From an uncultured Candidatus Saccharibacteria bacterium (GTDB lineage Bacteria; Patescibacteriota; Minisyncoccia; Phycocordibacterales; UBA9973): a stretch of DNA of 64,000 bases. Positions 54,569-64,000 of this stretch are shown one piece after another. The translations under genes and the position numbers were made by a program. A model generated the notes under the pieces. The model was not told the origin of the DNA. It made no database searches and worked only from the letters and a program-made list of their open reading frames with translations. Numbering within the stretch: the stretch's first letter is position 1; each line of letters starts with the position of its first letter. The stretch covers positions 71,905 to 135,904 of the forward strand of contig CAZUQJ010000002.1 of the NCBI GenBank assembly GCA_964622505.1, read 5' to 3'.

Positions 54569-55780
54569 TTAAGCTACACAAGGTAGCATAATGCAATCAA
54601 GCGAACCGTGTACGTCTGGAGTATGACGGCCTGTTATTTTAGCGTCAATCACATCCCCGTTCTCCCCAATGTAGGCAGTCAGACGTAGGTACCAGTCACT
54701 TTTTAGTAGTTGACCATTTGTTCCGTAATGTGGAATAAAGAACTTTTTTTGGTCAATAGATTCTTGGGCAATGTAGGATGAATGTCGCAACTTGGTTGCT
54801 TTGTTAAATTCATCATGATTTTGATTGGCAAACCATACTCCGTGCGACCCACTCTCTACATCTTTTTTTAAAATGAATTCTTTGTTCTGGAACCAAGAAT
54901 TATTTTTTGGAAAATGTTTGCCAAGCACTACGGTTGGAGGTACATACCGACGCAGTAGCTCTATGGAGTCAGAGAAAAATGCTTTGTTCAGCTCTTCAAA
55001 CTGAAAGTCCAACGTAGGGTTTGAAATGACCCCAAGTAAACCTTTGGAAGATAGCCATGGTGAAAGTGGATAAAGAAATTTTTCAGGTTGATTTAAATAC
55101 ATTTTAATCAACTTTTCTCGCATGGGTAACTCTTCTTTCCAGTTCATGCCCCAAGGAACCATGTCGATGATATCTTCATCAAGAATCATTACACTTTCGG
55201 TAAAAGCATCCTGTAAAACCATATGAACACCATGTTGGTTGAGAATACGTTGCATCTGCTTAAAGATTTGCTCGTAGAAGCGCTCTCGGTGAGCATACAT
55301 CCACACAAGTCTTTTTTCTCCAACGAAATCTTTTAATACACTTTTTACACCAATAAAAGATGGATCTTCTCCAAAAATGTCACGTAAAAAAAGTGCTACA
55401 GGAATAGGTCGCGAATTGTAAGAATCGATCTCTGCAATGTTTAGGTTCTCATCGTGGTCAATCATAACATCTACTTTTGCAATTGGAATATTTTTTTCAG
55501 GATACGTAATAGGCAATCCATCAGTGGCCTGTTTACATATGTTGTAAACAGTTTGGGTTGCTAAATTTTGGTTGCCATGATGGCCACAAAAATCTAGTAA
55601 ACCACTAACCCCTTTATGATAGCAGGAAGTTAGTTGTCCAATTTCTTTTAATTGCCGCATTATATTTGGTTTTAAAAGAAATGGTTCCGGTGATAGTTTA
55701 TACCCGTATCTAGGGTCGGGTTCTGTAGACCAATAACCATTATCTAAATGGTACGCTACTAAATCTTTGTACGTTTTCAT
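54569..55780 (-). CDS. Hypothetical protein; weak resemblance to glutathionylspermidine-synthase/ATP-grasp-like enzymes
   Basis: 403 aa, no TM; tentative by size and fold impression only. Confidence 0.35.
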   Translation of the reverse strand: MKTYKDLVAYHLDNGYWSTEPDPRYGYKLSPEPFLLKPNIMRQLKEIGQLTSCYHKGVSGLLDFCGHHGNQNLATQTVYNICKQATDGLPITYPEKNIPIAKVDVMIDHDENLNIAEIDSYNSRPIPVALFLRDIFGEDPSFIGVKSVLKDFVGEKRLVWMYAHRERFYEQIFKQMQRILNQHGVHMVLQDAFTESVMILDEDIIDMVPWGMNWKEELPMREKLIKMYLNQPEKFLYPLSPWLSSKGLLGVISNPTLDFQFEELNKAFFSDSIELLRRYVPPTVVLGKHFPKNNSWFQNKEFILKKDVESGSHGVWFANQNHDEFNKATKLRHSSYIAQESIDQKKFFIPHYGTNGQLLKSDWYLRLTAYIGENGDVIDAKITGRHTPDVHGSLDCIMLPCVA

Positions 55781-55869
55781 TGCATTATTTTTTTATAAAA
55801 GGACAATTCGCATCTTTGTGATACGACACTGGCAGTGTCTCTACATGACCAATGTCCTCGCACAAAAAT

Positions 55870-56316
55870 TTAAATAATATCTCTTACTTCTTCAAGGGTC
55901 AGCACAATGTGATCTGGGTCTCCGCTTTCTTCCGTTGGCCCTTCTTCAGCAAATTTTCCGTTTTTGAACCATACGGTCGTATAGCCAAGTTTATTGCCCG
56001 TGGCAATCTCAGACGATATACGGTCTCCAATAACATACACCTCAGTATAGTTATTTCCAATAATTTCCGTGAAGAGATCAGTTGTCTTTGTGTCTACGTA
56101 ATGGACGCTCTTAAAGAAATTCTCAATGCCAAGCTCAGCTACAAGTGTATTGCGACCTTCGCCATTTTTGGAGACAAGGAAACAGTCATATGATGTATAC
56201 GCATGTTCTAATAAATTTTTGGCGAAAGGGTTGAGAGTTCCAGTTTCTGGATTATAGATGGTCCTCATAAAATCGAATATGACGGCTTGATCTTTCATAG
56301 GTATAAAGTGTAGCAA
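55870..56316 (-). CDS. HAD-like hydrolase (short)
   Basis: Motif-III-like VYVIGDRISSEIATG; N-terminal motif I is atypical. Confidence 0.45.
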   Translation of the reverse strand: MLHFIPMKDQAVIFDFMRTIYNPETGTLNPFAKNLLEHAYTSYDCFLVSKNGEGRNTLVAELGIENFFKSVHYVDTKTTDLFTEIIGNNYTEVYVIGDRISSEIATGNKLGYTTVWFKNGKFAEEGPTEESGDPDHIVLTLEEVRDII

Positions 56317-56367
56317 CTACAAATACCATGTCAAGCACTTGGTAGCCATTTTTATTTATGGTAAAAT

Positions 56368-56730
56368 TTGCTTATGGATAATACTGTTTTACCACAGACT
56401 GAAAATAGCACTCCAAAGAAACCTTTTATTTACAAAAAGAGCATTATCGTGTCGCTTTCTATCATTGTCGTTTTTGCATTGGCAATTTACTTCTTCCTCA
56501 AATATAAGAAAACAACAGTTGAAGCCCCAAAGCCAATGACGAAAGAAGAGAAAATCGATATATTGAATCGTTTAAACAAAAATCCACCAAATGACGGCTC
56601 GGTGAGTATGACTACAGACGAGAAGTTGCAGATTTTAGATACTATATCTACCAAGAAGGGTGACCCAAATACAAAAAAGAAGCCATCGACCCCAGAGGAG
56701 CAACAGCAAATGTTTAACTCAATAGAGTAA
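56368..56730 (+). CDS. Small hypothetical membrane-anchored protein
   Basis: TM helix IIVSLSIIVVFALAIYFFL then a charged tail. Confidence 0.4.
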   Translation: MLMDNTVLPQTENSTPKKPFIYKKSIIVSLSIIVVFALAIYFFLKYKKTTVEAPKPMTKEEKIDILNRLNKNPPNDGSVSMTTDEKLQILDTISTKKGDPNTKKKPSTPEEQQQMFNSIE

Positions 56731-56749
56731 TTCAAGAATAATCAATAGC

Positions 56750-58126
56750 ATGCAAACAAATATTCATTTTAAAAATATAGTACAGAAGTTTGGAGTCATT
56801 GCTCTCGGTATTGTATTTGCTCTCGGTGCAAGCTATGTGTCGGCTATGAGTAGGCCTGCCGATATTTCTACCCCTGCCCCAGAAGTTTTGAATGTAGGAG
56901 AGGCCACACAGGTCAAGCCGGGCTTGATTAGTCTGCTCGGATTTACCGCTGGCGACTATGCCGACAAGGATAATTTTAATTACACAGCAATTGATAAATT
57001 GGGCATTATGTCTATTGGTAAAAAAGAGACTCCAGAGTTTTCAAAAGGCATTAGTCTGGATATTGCTGGCACAACTGGAATACTTGGTACTATTCGTTCA
57101 AAAGATTTGGAAAGCTCTGGGCTCAAAGAAGTCTGTGCTGATTCGACAGGCAAAATTATTTTCTGTACAAAAGCAAAAGAACTTGTTTCGGCCGATTCCG
57201 AAGAGCCGACTTACTATGGATTGATGGTCCCAGAAGGAGTGAAATCTATCACAGTAGAGATGTATGGTGGTGGCGGATCAGGGTATGGGAAAGCCAATAG
57301 TAATACTGGGGTAGATAACGGACAATCATCCTATATAATCGGAGACGGAGTTAGTATTGTTGCCGAGGGGGGACAGGGGGCAGATATATATAGCACTGGA
57401 GGCAAGGGCGGCAAGGTTGTAATCACAGGTAGTGGTGTAAGTGTGGACACAAAACAAGAGGATGCAAATGGATCTGCTCCGGGATCATTTACCGCCAATC
57501 CTTCACAGTATGGATCAAGCTCTACTTGTAGTGGTACCGTATATTCTACAATTAAAGGAGCGAATGGAAATGTCGGAGGTAAAGGGGGCAAGCCGTACAA
57601 TGGATCCAATGCAAGTGGAGGGTCTGCAGGTTCTGCTGGTCCGACATCTGGTACTTACAAGAGTAAAGCTTGGAACTTCAACATTATTTCAAGCGAGACA
57701 ACCCCCCCAGTAAATAGAACAAATTGTGATTATGCTACCCAGTCAAGCGATGAATATGTACCAAGTCAGTATATAAATAACCGCCCAGGAGGCAACGGTG
57801 CTAGTGGAGCGAGCTACGGAGCAGGGGGTGCAGGCTTTGGGGGCAAAGGCGGACTGTCAGCCGTGTATTCAGGAAGTATAAATAATTGCACAGAATGTTT
57901 TGGAGGGGACGGCAGTGCAGGAGGCGGTGCGGGAGCGTATGTAAAAGCTAAATTCAATACTCAAGCTGGAAGTACCTATTATGTAAAAGTTGGTAATGGA
58001 GGTAAACATGCAGGGTATAGTTGTAATGGTGGTGGTGGATCAAATAGCTGTTTAAATGATCTTGGTGGTGGTGCAACCCCTGGAGCGGGATATCCAGGCT
58101 ACGTAAAAGTAACATACAATAATTAA
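56750..58126 (+). CDS. Secreted glycine-rich protein (shared N-terminal module + Gly-rich C-terminal domain), paralog A
   Basis: Signal peptide; KLGIMSIGKK...LKEVCADSTGKIIFCTK; YGLMVPEGVKSITVEMYGGGGSGYG then GG/GxG-rich stretch. Confidence 0.5.
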   Translation: MQTNIHFKNIVQKFGVIALGIVFALGASYVSAMSRPADISTPAPEVLNVGEATQVKPGLISLLGFTAGDYADKDNFNYTAIDKLGIMSIGKKETPEFSKGISLDIAGTTGILGTIRSKDLESSGLKEVCADSTGKIIFCTKAKELVSADSEEPTYYGLMVPEGVKSITVEMYGGGGSGYGKANSNTGVDNGQSSYIIGDGVSIVAEGGQGADIYSTGGKGGKVVITGSGVSVDTKQEDANGSAPGSFTANPSQYGSSSTCSGTVYSTIKGANGNVGGKGGKPYNGSNASGGSAGSAGPTSGTYKSKAWNFNIISSETTPPVNRTNCDYATQSSDEYVPSQYINNRPGGNGASGASYGAGGAGFGGKGGLSAVYSGSINNCTECFGGDGSAGGGAGAYVKAKFNTQAGSTYYVKVGNGGKHAGYSCNGGGGSNSCLNDLGGGATPGAGYPGYVKVTYNN

Positions 58127-58129
58127 TAT

Positions 58130-58510
58130 ATGCAAAAAAATAATTTAAAATTTTTCATCCTCGCATTCCTAACAGTATTTACTTTGCAAGTAGTCGGGGC
58201 GTATACTTCTGCTCCATCATCGGGACCTACAAGCAACAACACAATTGCTCCAATGAATGATTCAGCAGACAACAATAGCAAATATTCTGGCTTGGGGGTC
58301 AAAGAATTGATCTCTGGCGACACAGGTGTGATCGCCGTAGACGTGTCTGGCAACATGGGCGTCAATACAAGTTCCGCACCAACCGATGTACGATTGGAGG
58401 TAGGAGGATCTATAAAGATAAAAGACTTGGCTGGTACAGGGACTCGCGCTATATGCGCAAGTACAACAGGCTCAGCCAACGAAGGTTACCCACTTGTAAT
58501 ATGTCCTTAA
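58130..58510 (+). CDS. Small secreted protein carrying only the shared N-terminal module
   Basis: Signal peptide; LGVKELISGDTGVIAVDVSG...AICASTTGSANEGYPLVICP parallels the N-modules of the 56750 and 58515 proteins. Confidence 0.45.
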   Translation: MQKNNLKFFILAFLTVFTLQVVGAYTSAPSSGPTSNNTIAPMNDSADNNSKYSGLGVKELISGDTGVIAVDVSGNMGVNTSSAPTDVRLEVGGSIKIKDLAGTGTRAICASTTGSANEGYPLVICP

Positions 58511-58514
58511 TTAT

Positions 58515-59870
58515 ATGAAAAATAGTATGAAAAACATTTTAATAATAGCTGTAGCATTCCTCTTTTTTGGGTACGTTGTATACGCCGACCCTACTAATGT
58601 ACCGGTAACAGAGAATATAGATGCCCCGATTACTCAGCTGGATTATCCTCAAGACAAAAATGGGGCTTTGATTGTAAACAAACTCTCTGTCGGTGACTGG
58701 AAAGATTCTGCTGGTAATTTTGTTGTCTTTACTTCGACAGGCAAACTCGGTATTAAACAGACCGCTTCGAGCCTAAGTGCAATAACAGAATACTTGGAAG
58801 TAGAATCAGGCAAAGTGCGACTTTCTGAGTTATCGGTTCCTGGGGTAGAAGTATGTGCTGACTCGAAAGGCAACTTGGTACAATGTCAGTCGACAATATT
58901 TAGTCATTCCGGCAATGACACAAAAGCATACGAGACATATAGCTTCAAAGTCCCAGCAGGAGCAAAAAAATTGATTGTAGAACTTTATGGTGCTGGTGGA
59001 GCTGGGTATTTTTTAAGCTCGAGTAGCTACGATAGGTCACCAGATGACTATTCCGGTTGTGGTAAAGGGAGTGGGGGTTCTTATTCTTGTGCAAGTGGTG
59101 GATCTGCATTTTTCTATGATACTGATGGTACAACTACACTACTTCAAGCAAAAGGTGGTAAAGTCGCAACAGGAAAGCATACAGGGGGCACTGGGGGTTC
59201 AACATATGTGAATACGAGTTCTTCAAAAGTTGAAACAAGCGGAAAAGTTGAGACAAGTGGAACAAACGGAGAAGCTGGAGAAAATGGAGTAGCCAAAGAT
59301 ACCAGTCAGACATTTAAATGCGGAACAACATACACCGCAACGATAGGTGGGATGGGTGGTGCAGGTGGTGCAGGTGGAAATGCAGGCAAGGGTGGCAAAA
59401 CTCCTGGTGGAAATGGTGGTAGGGGTGGAGCAACTATTTTAGAATTAACAGAATATGAGAGGTGTGTAGATATGTTCTATTCATTCAATAAGGGTAAAGG
59501 GTATCTATCTGAGGGTGGAGTTAATGGTCAATTTGGTGGTGGTGGTAGTGGGGCTGGAGGTATTGGTGGGTATTCCGATAGAGGCGGAGATTTTGCAAAT
59601 GAGAATGAATCACTTTGCTCAAAAGGTGCTACTTGCCCAGGATCTGATCAAGGTTATGCAGGTGGTGGTGGGGGTGGATACGCAAAAGCAACAGTCACGG
59701 TTAGTGGTGGGCAGACATATACGATCAAGCTTTCTCATGGAGGAGCGGTACAAGGTATTACAGAAGATAAGGGAGATGTATGGTGCTACGATCGTGTAAA
59801 AGATGTATGTCATAGTGGATCACGTAGCGGTCATGGCTCTGGTGCTTATGCAAAAATTACAGTGAATTAA
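58515..59870 (+). CDS. Secreted glycine-rich protein, paralog B
   Basis: Signal peptide; KLGIKQTASS...VEVCADSKGNLVQCQ; YSFKVPAGAKKLIVELYGAGGAGY then a Gly-rich region. Confidence 0.5.
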   Translation: MKNSMKNILIIAVAFLFFGYVVYADPTNVPVTENIDAPITQLDYPQDKNGALIVNKLSVGDWKDSAGNFVVFTSTGKLGIKQTASSLSAITEYLEVESGKVRLSELSVPGVEVCADSKGNLVQCQSTIFSHSGNDTKAYETYSFKVPAGAKKLIVELYGAGGAGYFLSSSSYDRSPDDYSGCGKGSGGSYSCASGGSAFFYDTDGTTTLLQAKGGKVATGKHTGGTGGSTYVNTSSSKVETSGKVETSGTNGEAGENGVAKDTSQTFKCGTTYTATIGGMGGAGGAGGNAGKGGKTPGGNGGRGGATILELTEYERCVDMFYSFNKGKGYLSEGGVNGQFGGGGSGAGGIGGYSDRGGDFANENESLCSKGATCPGSDQGYAGGGGGGYAKATVTVSGGQTYTIKLSHGGAVQGITEDKGDVWCYDRVKDVCHSGSRSGHGSGAYAKITVN

Positions 59871-59948
59871 ATATTTAAATTTATTACCATAAATAAAAAC
59901 AGCCACTTGGAAAGTGGTTGTTTTTATTTTGAGAGAATTTTATATAAT

Positions 59949-60716
59949 CTAATTTTTTATTAGTTTATATACTTTATTGTCGGTATGTAAGAAATACATT
60001 CCGGGTATAAAGTTAGAAGTTTCGATTGTTGCAGAATCTGTTGATCCTGTGTAAACAGTTTGCCCTAAAGTATTTGTGATTGTGATTGGTTGAATTTCAT
60101 TGAAATTCAATAGATCAATATGATCACTAAAGGGATTTGGATATATTGTTAGATTGGATTTTGGGTTGTTGATTCCTGTTGAACCAGGTTTTTGACCATA
60201 AACAAGAGTTTGTTTTAGTGGATCATAGTAACTTGGTTCAAAACCATCAAGACCCATTGCAAGTTTGATTTGGATGTCTAAGCTGTCTCCTAGTGCGATA
60301 CCTGACATATCTAAATCGGCAGTAATCCTTAATTTTACATAGCTACGACCCAATGGAAAATTGGGAGGTAAATTAAAACTGGATTTATACCAAGATATAT
60401 CTCCGTAGTACGACAAGGTATCGTAGGGTGGTCTCATTAAGGACACTTTAAGGTTACTTAGTAACCAAGGTTTCCCAGATGAAGTTACGTCACCGTAGAT
60501 AATTTGAAGCCACGCACGATCTTCAACTTGGTGGGTTTCATTACCCTTGATCTCAATTTCATATACTATGTAATCGGCATATATATTGCTATCAATGGGG
60601 TGTAGTACGGTTCTGTGCTCTAGGGGTTCTTTAAACCCTTGAGCCATACCCTGAGGTATGTAGATGGCGACCAAAAACATGGTCCAAAAGAGTGTTTGAA
60701 TTATTCTATTTTTCAT
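59949..60716 (-). CDS. Secreted protein with C-terminal T9SS-type (Por secretion tail-like) sorting domain
   Basis: Signal peptide; C-terminal ~70 aa LTIYPNPFSDHIDLL...LGQTVYTG...FIPGMYFLH...KVYKLIKN shows the YPNP, GxY and K-I/L-K-terminal motifs of the type-A CTD. Confidence 0.5.
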   Translation of the reverse strand: MKNRIIQTLFWTMFLVAIYIPQGMAQGFKEPLEHRTVLHPIDSNIYADYIVYEIEIKGNETHQVEDRAWLQIIYGDVTSSGKPWLLSNLKVSLMRPPYDTLSYYGDISWYKSSFNLPPNFPLGRSYVKLRITADLDMSGIALGDSLDIQIKLAMGLDGFEPSYYDPLKQTLVYGQKPGSTGINNPKSNLTIYPNPFSDHIDLLNFNEIQPITITNTLGQTVYTGSTDSATIETSNFIPGMYFLHTDNKVYKLIKN

Positions 60717-60946
60717 GATATTAGCGATTAGTTTAGAAAAGACCCTTGTAAAATCTACTCTAAACTAACCACTAATACATGTCGAAACTTCTATTATCAA
60801 TGTACAGACAGTACTTAAATATATTATAGTATAGATATCTAGACTATGTCAACAAATTCAAGGTAGTTATCCACAGGTCCGATTTTGGCCTTATTTTAGA
60901 GGATATTTCCTTGCTCGCAGACTTGTATATATAGTATAATAATAAA

Positions 60947-62587
60947 ATGAAATTTAAGTTCTCAACATTGGCAAAAATCTCTATAATCGCCTTTTCTTTT
61001 GCTATTTTTCTACTATCTCCGAGTTATGTAAAAGCTGGGGCTGACGACAACGTCTTTGGCTCTGCTTGGAGCAACAATGTGGGCTGGATTACCTTCAATA
61101 GCTGTACAAACCCGACCCCAAACTATATTGGGACTAGTTGTGGTTCTGTAGATTACGGTGTTCATTTCGACAAAACAACTTTGGAAGTCAAAGGTCACGC
61201 TTGGAGTGACAATGTAGGCTGGATTAGCTTCAATCCTAGTGATTGGGGAGGCACTTGCTCTCCTTCGGGAGCATCTTGCAGTGGTTTCAAAAATAAATGG
61301 CAATCTGGTGGCTGGGCACGTGTTGTCTCTGCTAAATCCGGGACAAATACTGGAGGATTTGACGGATGGATCTCGCTTGGAGGATCAAATTATGAAGCAC
61401 CTTTTGATACAAGTACAGAGATTTCAGCTTCAATGCCGGCAGACTATGTCGACAATGACATCTATACAATCAAGACATCTGCCAATGGTTTTTGGTGGGG
61501 TTCGGAAGTTGTAGGGTGGATCGATCTGAAGCGGACCAGTAGTTATGACCCAGCTGACGGAGGAATATTCTTGGTAGATCTCTCTACCGACACGCTTGAG
61601 CTGACATCAAGTGCTACCGACAACACTGTAGTGGCCGGAGATCTTGTAGATAATATACACTGGAAAGCCACAGGTTTTGTACCAACAGAATGTATAGGTA
61701 CAATGTTCGACAGCAAAGGCAAGCCGATCCTCAACGATGATTGGAATGACACATTTACTTACTCTACTGTAACAGAAGGAGATATAGGTCCGATCGAAGT
61801 GCCATACGATTTCCCAAACAATGCAAAGAAAATCGCAACAAAATTTACCTTACTTTGTAAAAATACGGTAAAGAGTGCGGCGCAAACTATTACTATCTAT
61901 GCTGAGCCACTAAATGTTTTCTTGAAGGCTACCAACATGTGTGCCTCGGGTGGTACAGCCAAGCTAGAATGGTATGCAGATGGCAATACAAATCAATTTT
62001 GTGAGATAGAGGCCACTCCAGCCTCAGGTGGGTCAGGTCCTTATACAGTAGCAGTAACAGGCACATCTCCAGGAACAGCAGACGACACGGACTTTGGCAC
62101 CAACCAAGGTAGTGGGCCGACAAGCTATGTACTATCTTGCGTGAATGGAACAGGGACATATCAGGATCCTATCCCTGCCAAGACAACAAGTACCGTAAAG
62201 GTAAAAGAATGTACTTCAGATTACACAGTGGGATACAGCCCCAATTGTCAGCCATTTACTCTCGTGGGCACCTCGTACGAAGCAACCGTAGAGCTCAGTG
62301 TAACTCCACAGTCTGGCTTTACTGATGATGTGACAGTATCCGACGGAGGAGGCCTCGGGTCATGGACATTTAGCACGTCGGATAAATTTACTTACACCTC
62401 CCCAAATTTCTCAAAAGTAGATGCAACACTAACACTCTCTAAACTCGAGTATAGTTCTATCAACTGGAGCTTGGCATTTACCAGAGATGCACTTTTTGAT
62501 GCAGTGGGCTTGTCCACAAAAACTGAATCGATTAAATTCTGTGAGTCAGGCACAAAGCTTGTTAAACCAAAATACGTTCCATTCTAA
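60947..62587 (+). CDS. Secreted repeat protein (four W-S-x-N-V-G-W-I-x-F-N-like repeats) with Thr/Ser-rich C-terminal region
   Basis: Signal peptide; AWSNNVGWITFNSC, AWSDNVGWISFNPS, GFDGWISLGG, GFWWGSEVVGWIDL. Confidence 0.5.
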   Translation: MKFKFSTLAKISIIAFSFAIFLLSPSYVKAGADDNVFGSAWSNNVGWITFNSCTNPTPNYIGTSCGSVDYGVHFDKTTLEVKGHAWSDNVGWISFNPSDWGGTCSPSGASCSGFKNKWQSGGWARVVSAKSGTNTGGFDGWISLGGSNYEAPFDTSTEISASMPADYVDNDIYTIKTSANGFWWGSEVVGWIDLKRTSSYDPADGGIFLVDLSTDTLELTSSATDNTVVAGDLVDNIHWKATGFVPTECIGTMFDSKGKPILNDDWNDTFTYSTVTEGDIGPIEVPYDFPNNAKKIATKFTLLCKNTVKSAAQTITIYAEPLNVFLKATNMCASGGTAKLEWYADGNTNQFCEIEATPASGGSGPYTVAVTGTSPGTADDTDFGTNQGSGPTSYVLSCVNGTGTYQDPIPAKTTSTVKVKECTSDYTVGYSPNCQPFTLVGTSYEATVELSVTPQSGFTDDVTVSDGGGLGSWTFSTSDKFTYTSPNFSKVDATLTLSKLEYSSINWSLAFTRDALFDAVGLSTKTESIKFCESGTKLVKPKYVPF

Positions 62588-62610
62588 TTTTGAAATAATG
62601 TGTCACACAA

Positions 62611-62647
62611 AAAATCCTCCTGAGCTTGTCGAAGGAGGATTTTTTGT
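62611..62647 (+). terminator. Hairpin aaaaaatcctcct-gagcttgtcga-aggaggattttttg
   Basis: 7-bp stem + T run; loop is identical to the hairpin at 6783-6815 while the stems differ by compensatory changes. Confidence 0.6.
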
Positions 62648-62684
62648 GTGAATATTTGTTCGTCGTATGATATAATTTAATCAT

Positions 62685-64000
62685 ATGCAAGTTGATGATA
62701 CAAAAATGCTCGATCTCATACGCGATTCCAATCTTGTAAGCAAGGCGGACTTAGATGATGCTCTCAAAAAATCAAAAGAATCAGGGACTCAAGTCGGACA
62801 GATCCTAGTAAGTGCAGGCAAGCTGACTGAAAAAGATTTCCGCAACATGGAAGCACTGGTTCTGGGTATCCCTTTTATAAGTTTGAAAGATGAAAAGATC
62901 GAGTTCACTGTCTTGTCACTGATCCCAGAACCGATTGCCCGCAAGAACAATATCATTGCTTACAAAAAAACTCCGACAACACTCGAGGTCGCCATGCTCG
63001 ATGTTGAGGATTTGTCAGTTATTGATTTTATAAAGAAAAAAGTCGGTTTGAAAATTCTACCACGCCTTACCACTAGCGACTCTATCAAAGGAGCATTGGC
63101 TCAGTACAAAAAGACACTCGAGGCCGACTTCGAAGATATAATTAAAAAGGAATCCGGATCACTTAAGACGCTGACTGACCAGACGACAGATGAAGGTAAG
63201 AGTGAAAAAGAATTGAAAGAATTGGCCGAAGACCTGCCGATCATCAAGATTGTGGAGACACTAATTTCGCACGCGATCTTGCAAAATGCATCTGATGTGC
63301 ACATTGAGCCCTGCGAGGATAAAGTAGTAGTAAGATATCGCATCGATGGAATCTTGCACGACGCCATGACACTGCCGAAAGAAACTGCTCCGGGTATAAC
63401 AGCTCGTATCAAAGTTCTTTCAAATTTGAAACTCGATGAAAAGCGTTTACCACAAGACGGGCGTTTCAAAATGGAAAACGACCAAGGCAGAGTTTCCTTC
63501 CGTGTTTCTACGCTACCAACATACTATGGAGAAAAGACCGTCATGCGTATCCTCCACGAGGATGCAAAAGGATTTTCTCTCGAGGGTCTTGGGTTCCACG
63601 GCGAAGCACTGGAGCGAATACACGATTCGATGAAGCAACGCATAGGTATGATACTCGCTACTGGACCTACGGGGTCTGGTAAGACAACCACACTATATAC
63701 TATGCTCGATATCCTCAATACCCCAGATGTAAATATTTCTACCATTGAAGACCCGATTGAATATCAAATGCCACGTATCAATCAAACTCAAACTAAATCT
63801 GAAATCGGCCTGACCTTTGCCAACGGGCTCCGTACACTACTGCGTCAGGACCCAGATATTATCATGGTGGGAGAGGTCCGTGATGGAGAAACAGCATCAC
63901 TCTCGATCAATGCTGCTCTTACAGGACACTTGGTGTTGTCTACTATCCACACCAACTCAGCATCAGGCGCTATCCCACGTATGATCGACATGGGAGTAGA
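62685..64000 (+). CDS. pilB: Type IV pilus assembly ATPase PilB/GspE family (C-terminally truncated by window end)
   Basis: Hand translation from ATG 62685: N-terminal GSPII_E domain, Walker A GPTGSGKTTT, Asp box DPIEY, Walker B/His box LRQDPDIIMVGEVRD...TGHLVLSTIHTN; no stop before 64000. Confidence 0.9.
   Translation, partial: MQVDDTKMLDLIRDSNLVSKADLDDALKKSKESGTQVGQILVSAGKLTEKDFRNMEALVLGIPFISLKDEKIEFTVLSLIPEPIARKNNIIAYKKTPTTLEVAMLDVEDLSVIDFIKKKVGLKILPRLTTSDSIKGALAQYKKTLEADFEDIIKKESGSLKTLTDQTTDEGKSEKELKELAEDLPIIKIVETLISHAILQNASDVHIEPCEDKVVVRYRIDGILHDAMTLPKETAPGITARIKVLSNLKLDEKRLPQDGRFKMENDQGRVSFRVSTLPTYYGEKTVMRILHEDAKGFSLEGLGFHGEALERIHDSMKQRIGMILATGPTGSGKTTTLYTMLDILNTPDVNISTIEDPIEYQMPRINQTQTKSEIGLTFANGLRTLLRQDPDIIMVGEVRDGETASLSINAALTGHLVLSTIHTNSASGAIPRMIDMGV

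Noticed and set aside
1-64000. CRISPR arrays, DGR template/variable repeats, group II introns, restriction-modification or toxin-antitoxin pairs
   Set aside because: No regularly spaced direct repeats with unique spacers, no reverse-transcriptase or Cas-like ORFs, no methyltransferase/endonuclease pair; the repeats found are palindromic hairpins, not arrays.

Overview
This is a low-GC (~40%) bacterial window. It has near-consensus sigma70 promoters (TTGACA-N17/18-TATAAT), tiny intergenic spacers, a reduced RNase P RNA, RNase Y, type IV pilus ATPase PilB and many secreted low-complexity proteins. That suits a small-genome, possibly CPR/Patescibacteria-like organism using the standard genetic code; this is an inference, not a taxonomic call.

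Recognisable housekeeping genes:
- pnp, with rpsO located 11 kb away
- glmS, and a kbl-tdh threonine-catabolism pair
- clpP, tig, ppa, nusA, rny, hup (HU), cca, xth
- a XerC/D-type recombinase, comM/yifB, a DksA/TraR-like regulator, yraN
- an ABC exporter, a membrane fatty-acid desaturase, a PhhA-like aromatic amino-acid hydroxylase
- four tRNAs (Arg-TCG, Gly-GCC, Pro-TGG, Gly-TCC) and rnpB

Unusual content:
- Three paralogous ~560-600 aa cysteine-rich proteins carrying the same zinc-ribbon module at both termini. Two are in tandem after xerC-xth; one sits next to comM in the pnp operon.
- A small palindromic repeat family with core aagggagccc, one copy inserted in frame inside the recombinase gene.
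- A duplicated terminator-plus-consensus-promoter cassette.
- Hairpin families with conserved loops and compensatory stems.
- An 18-bp perfect inverted repeat bracketing 122 bp.
- A cluster of peptidoglycan-remodelling and coiled-coil proteins at the window start.
- A triad of glycine-rich secreted proteins next to pilB.
- A secreted protein with a T9SS-like C-terminal sorting domain.

No CRISPR array, restriction-modification system or reverse transcriptase was seen. All calls come from reading motifs in the supplied translations; no database searches were run.
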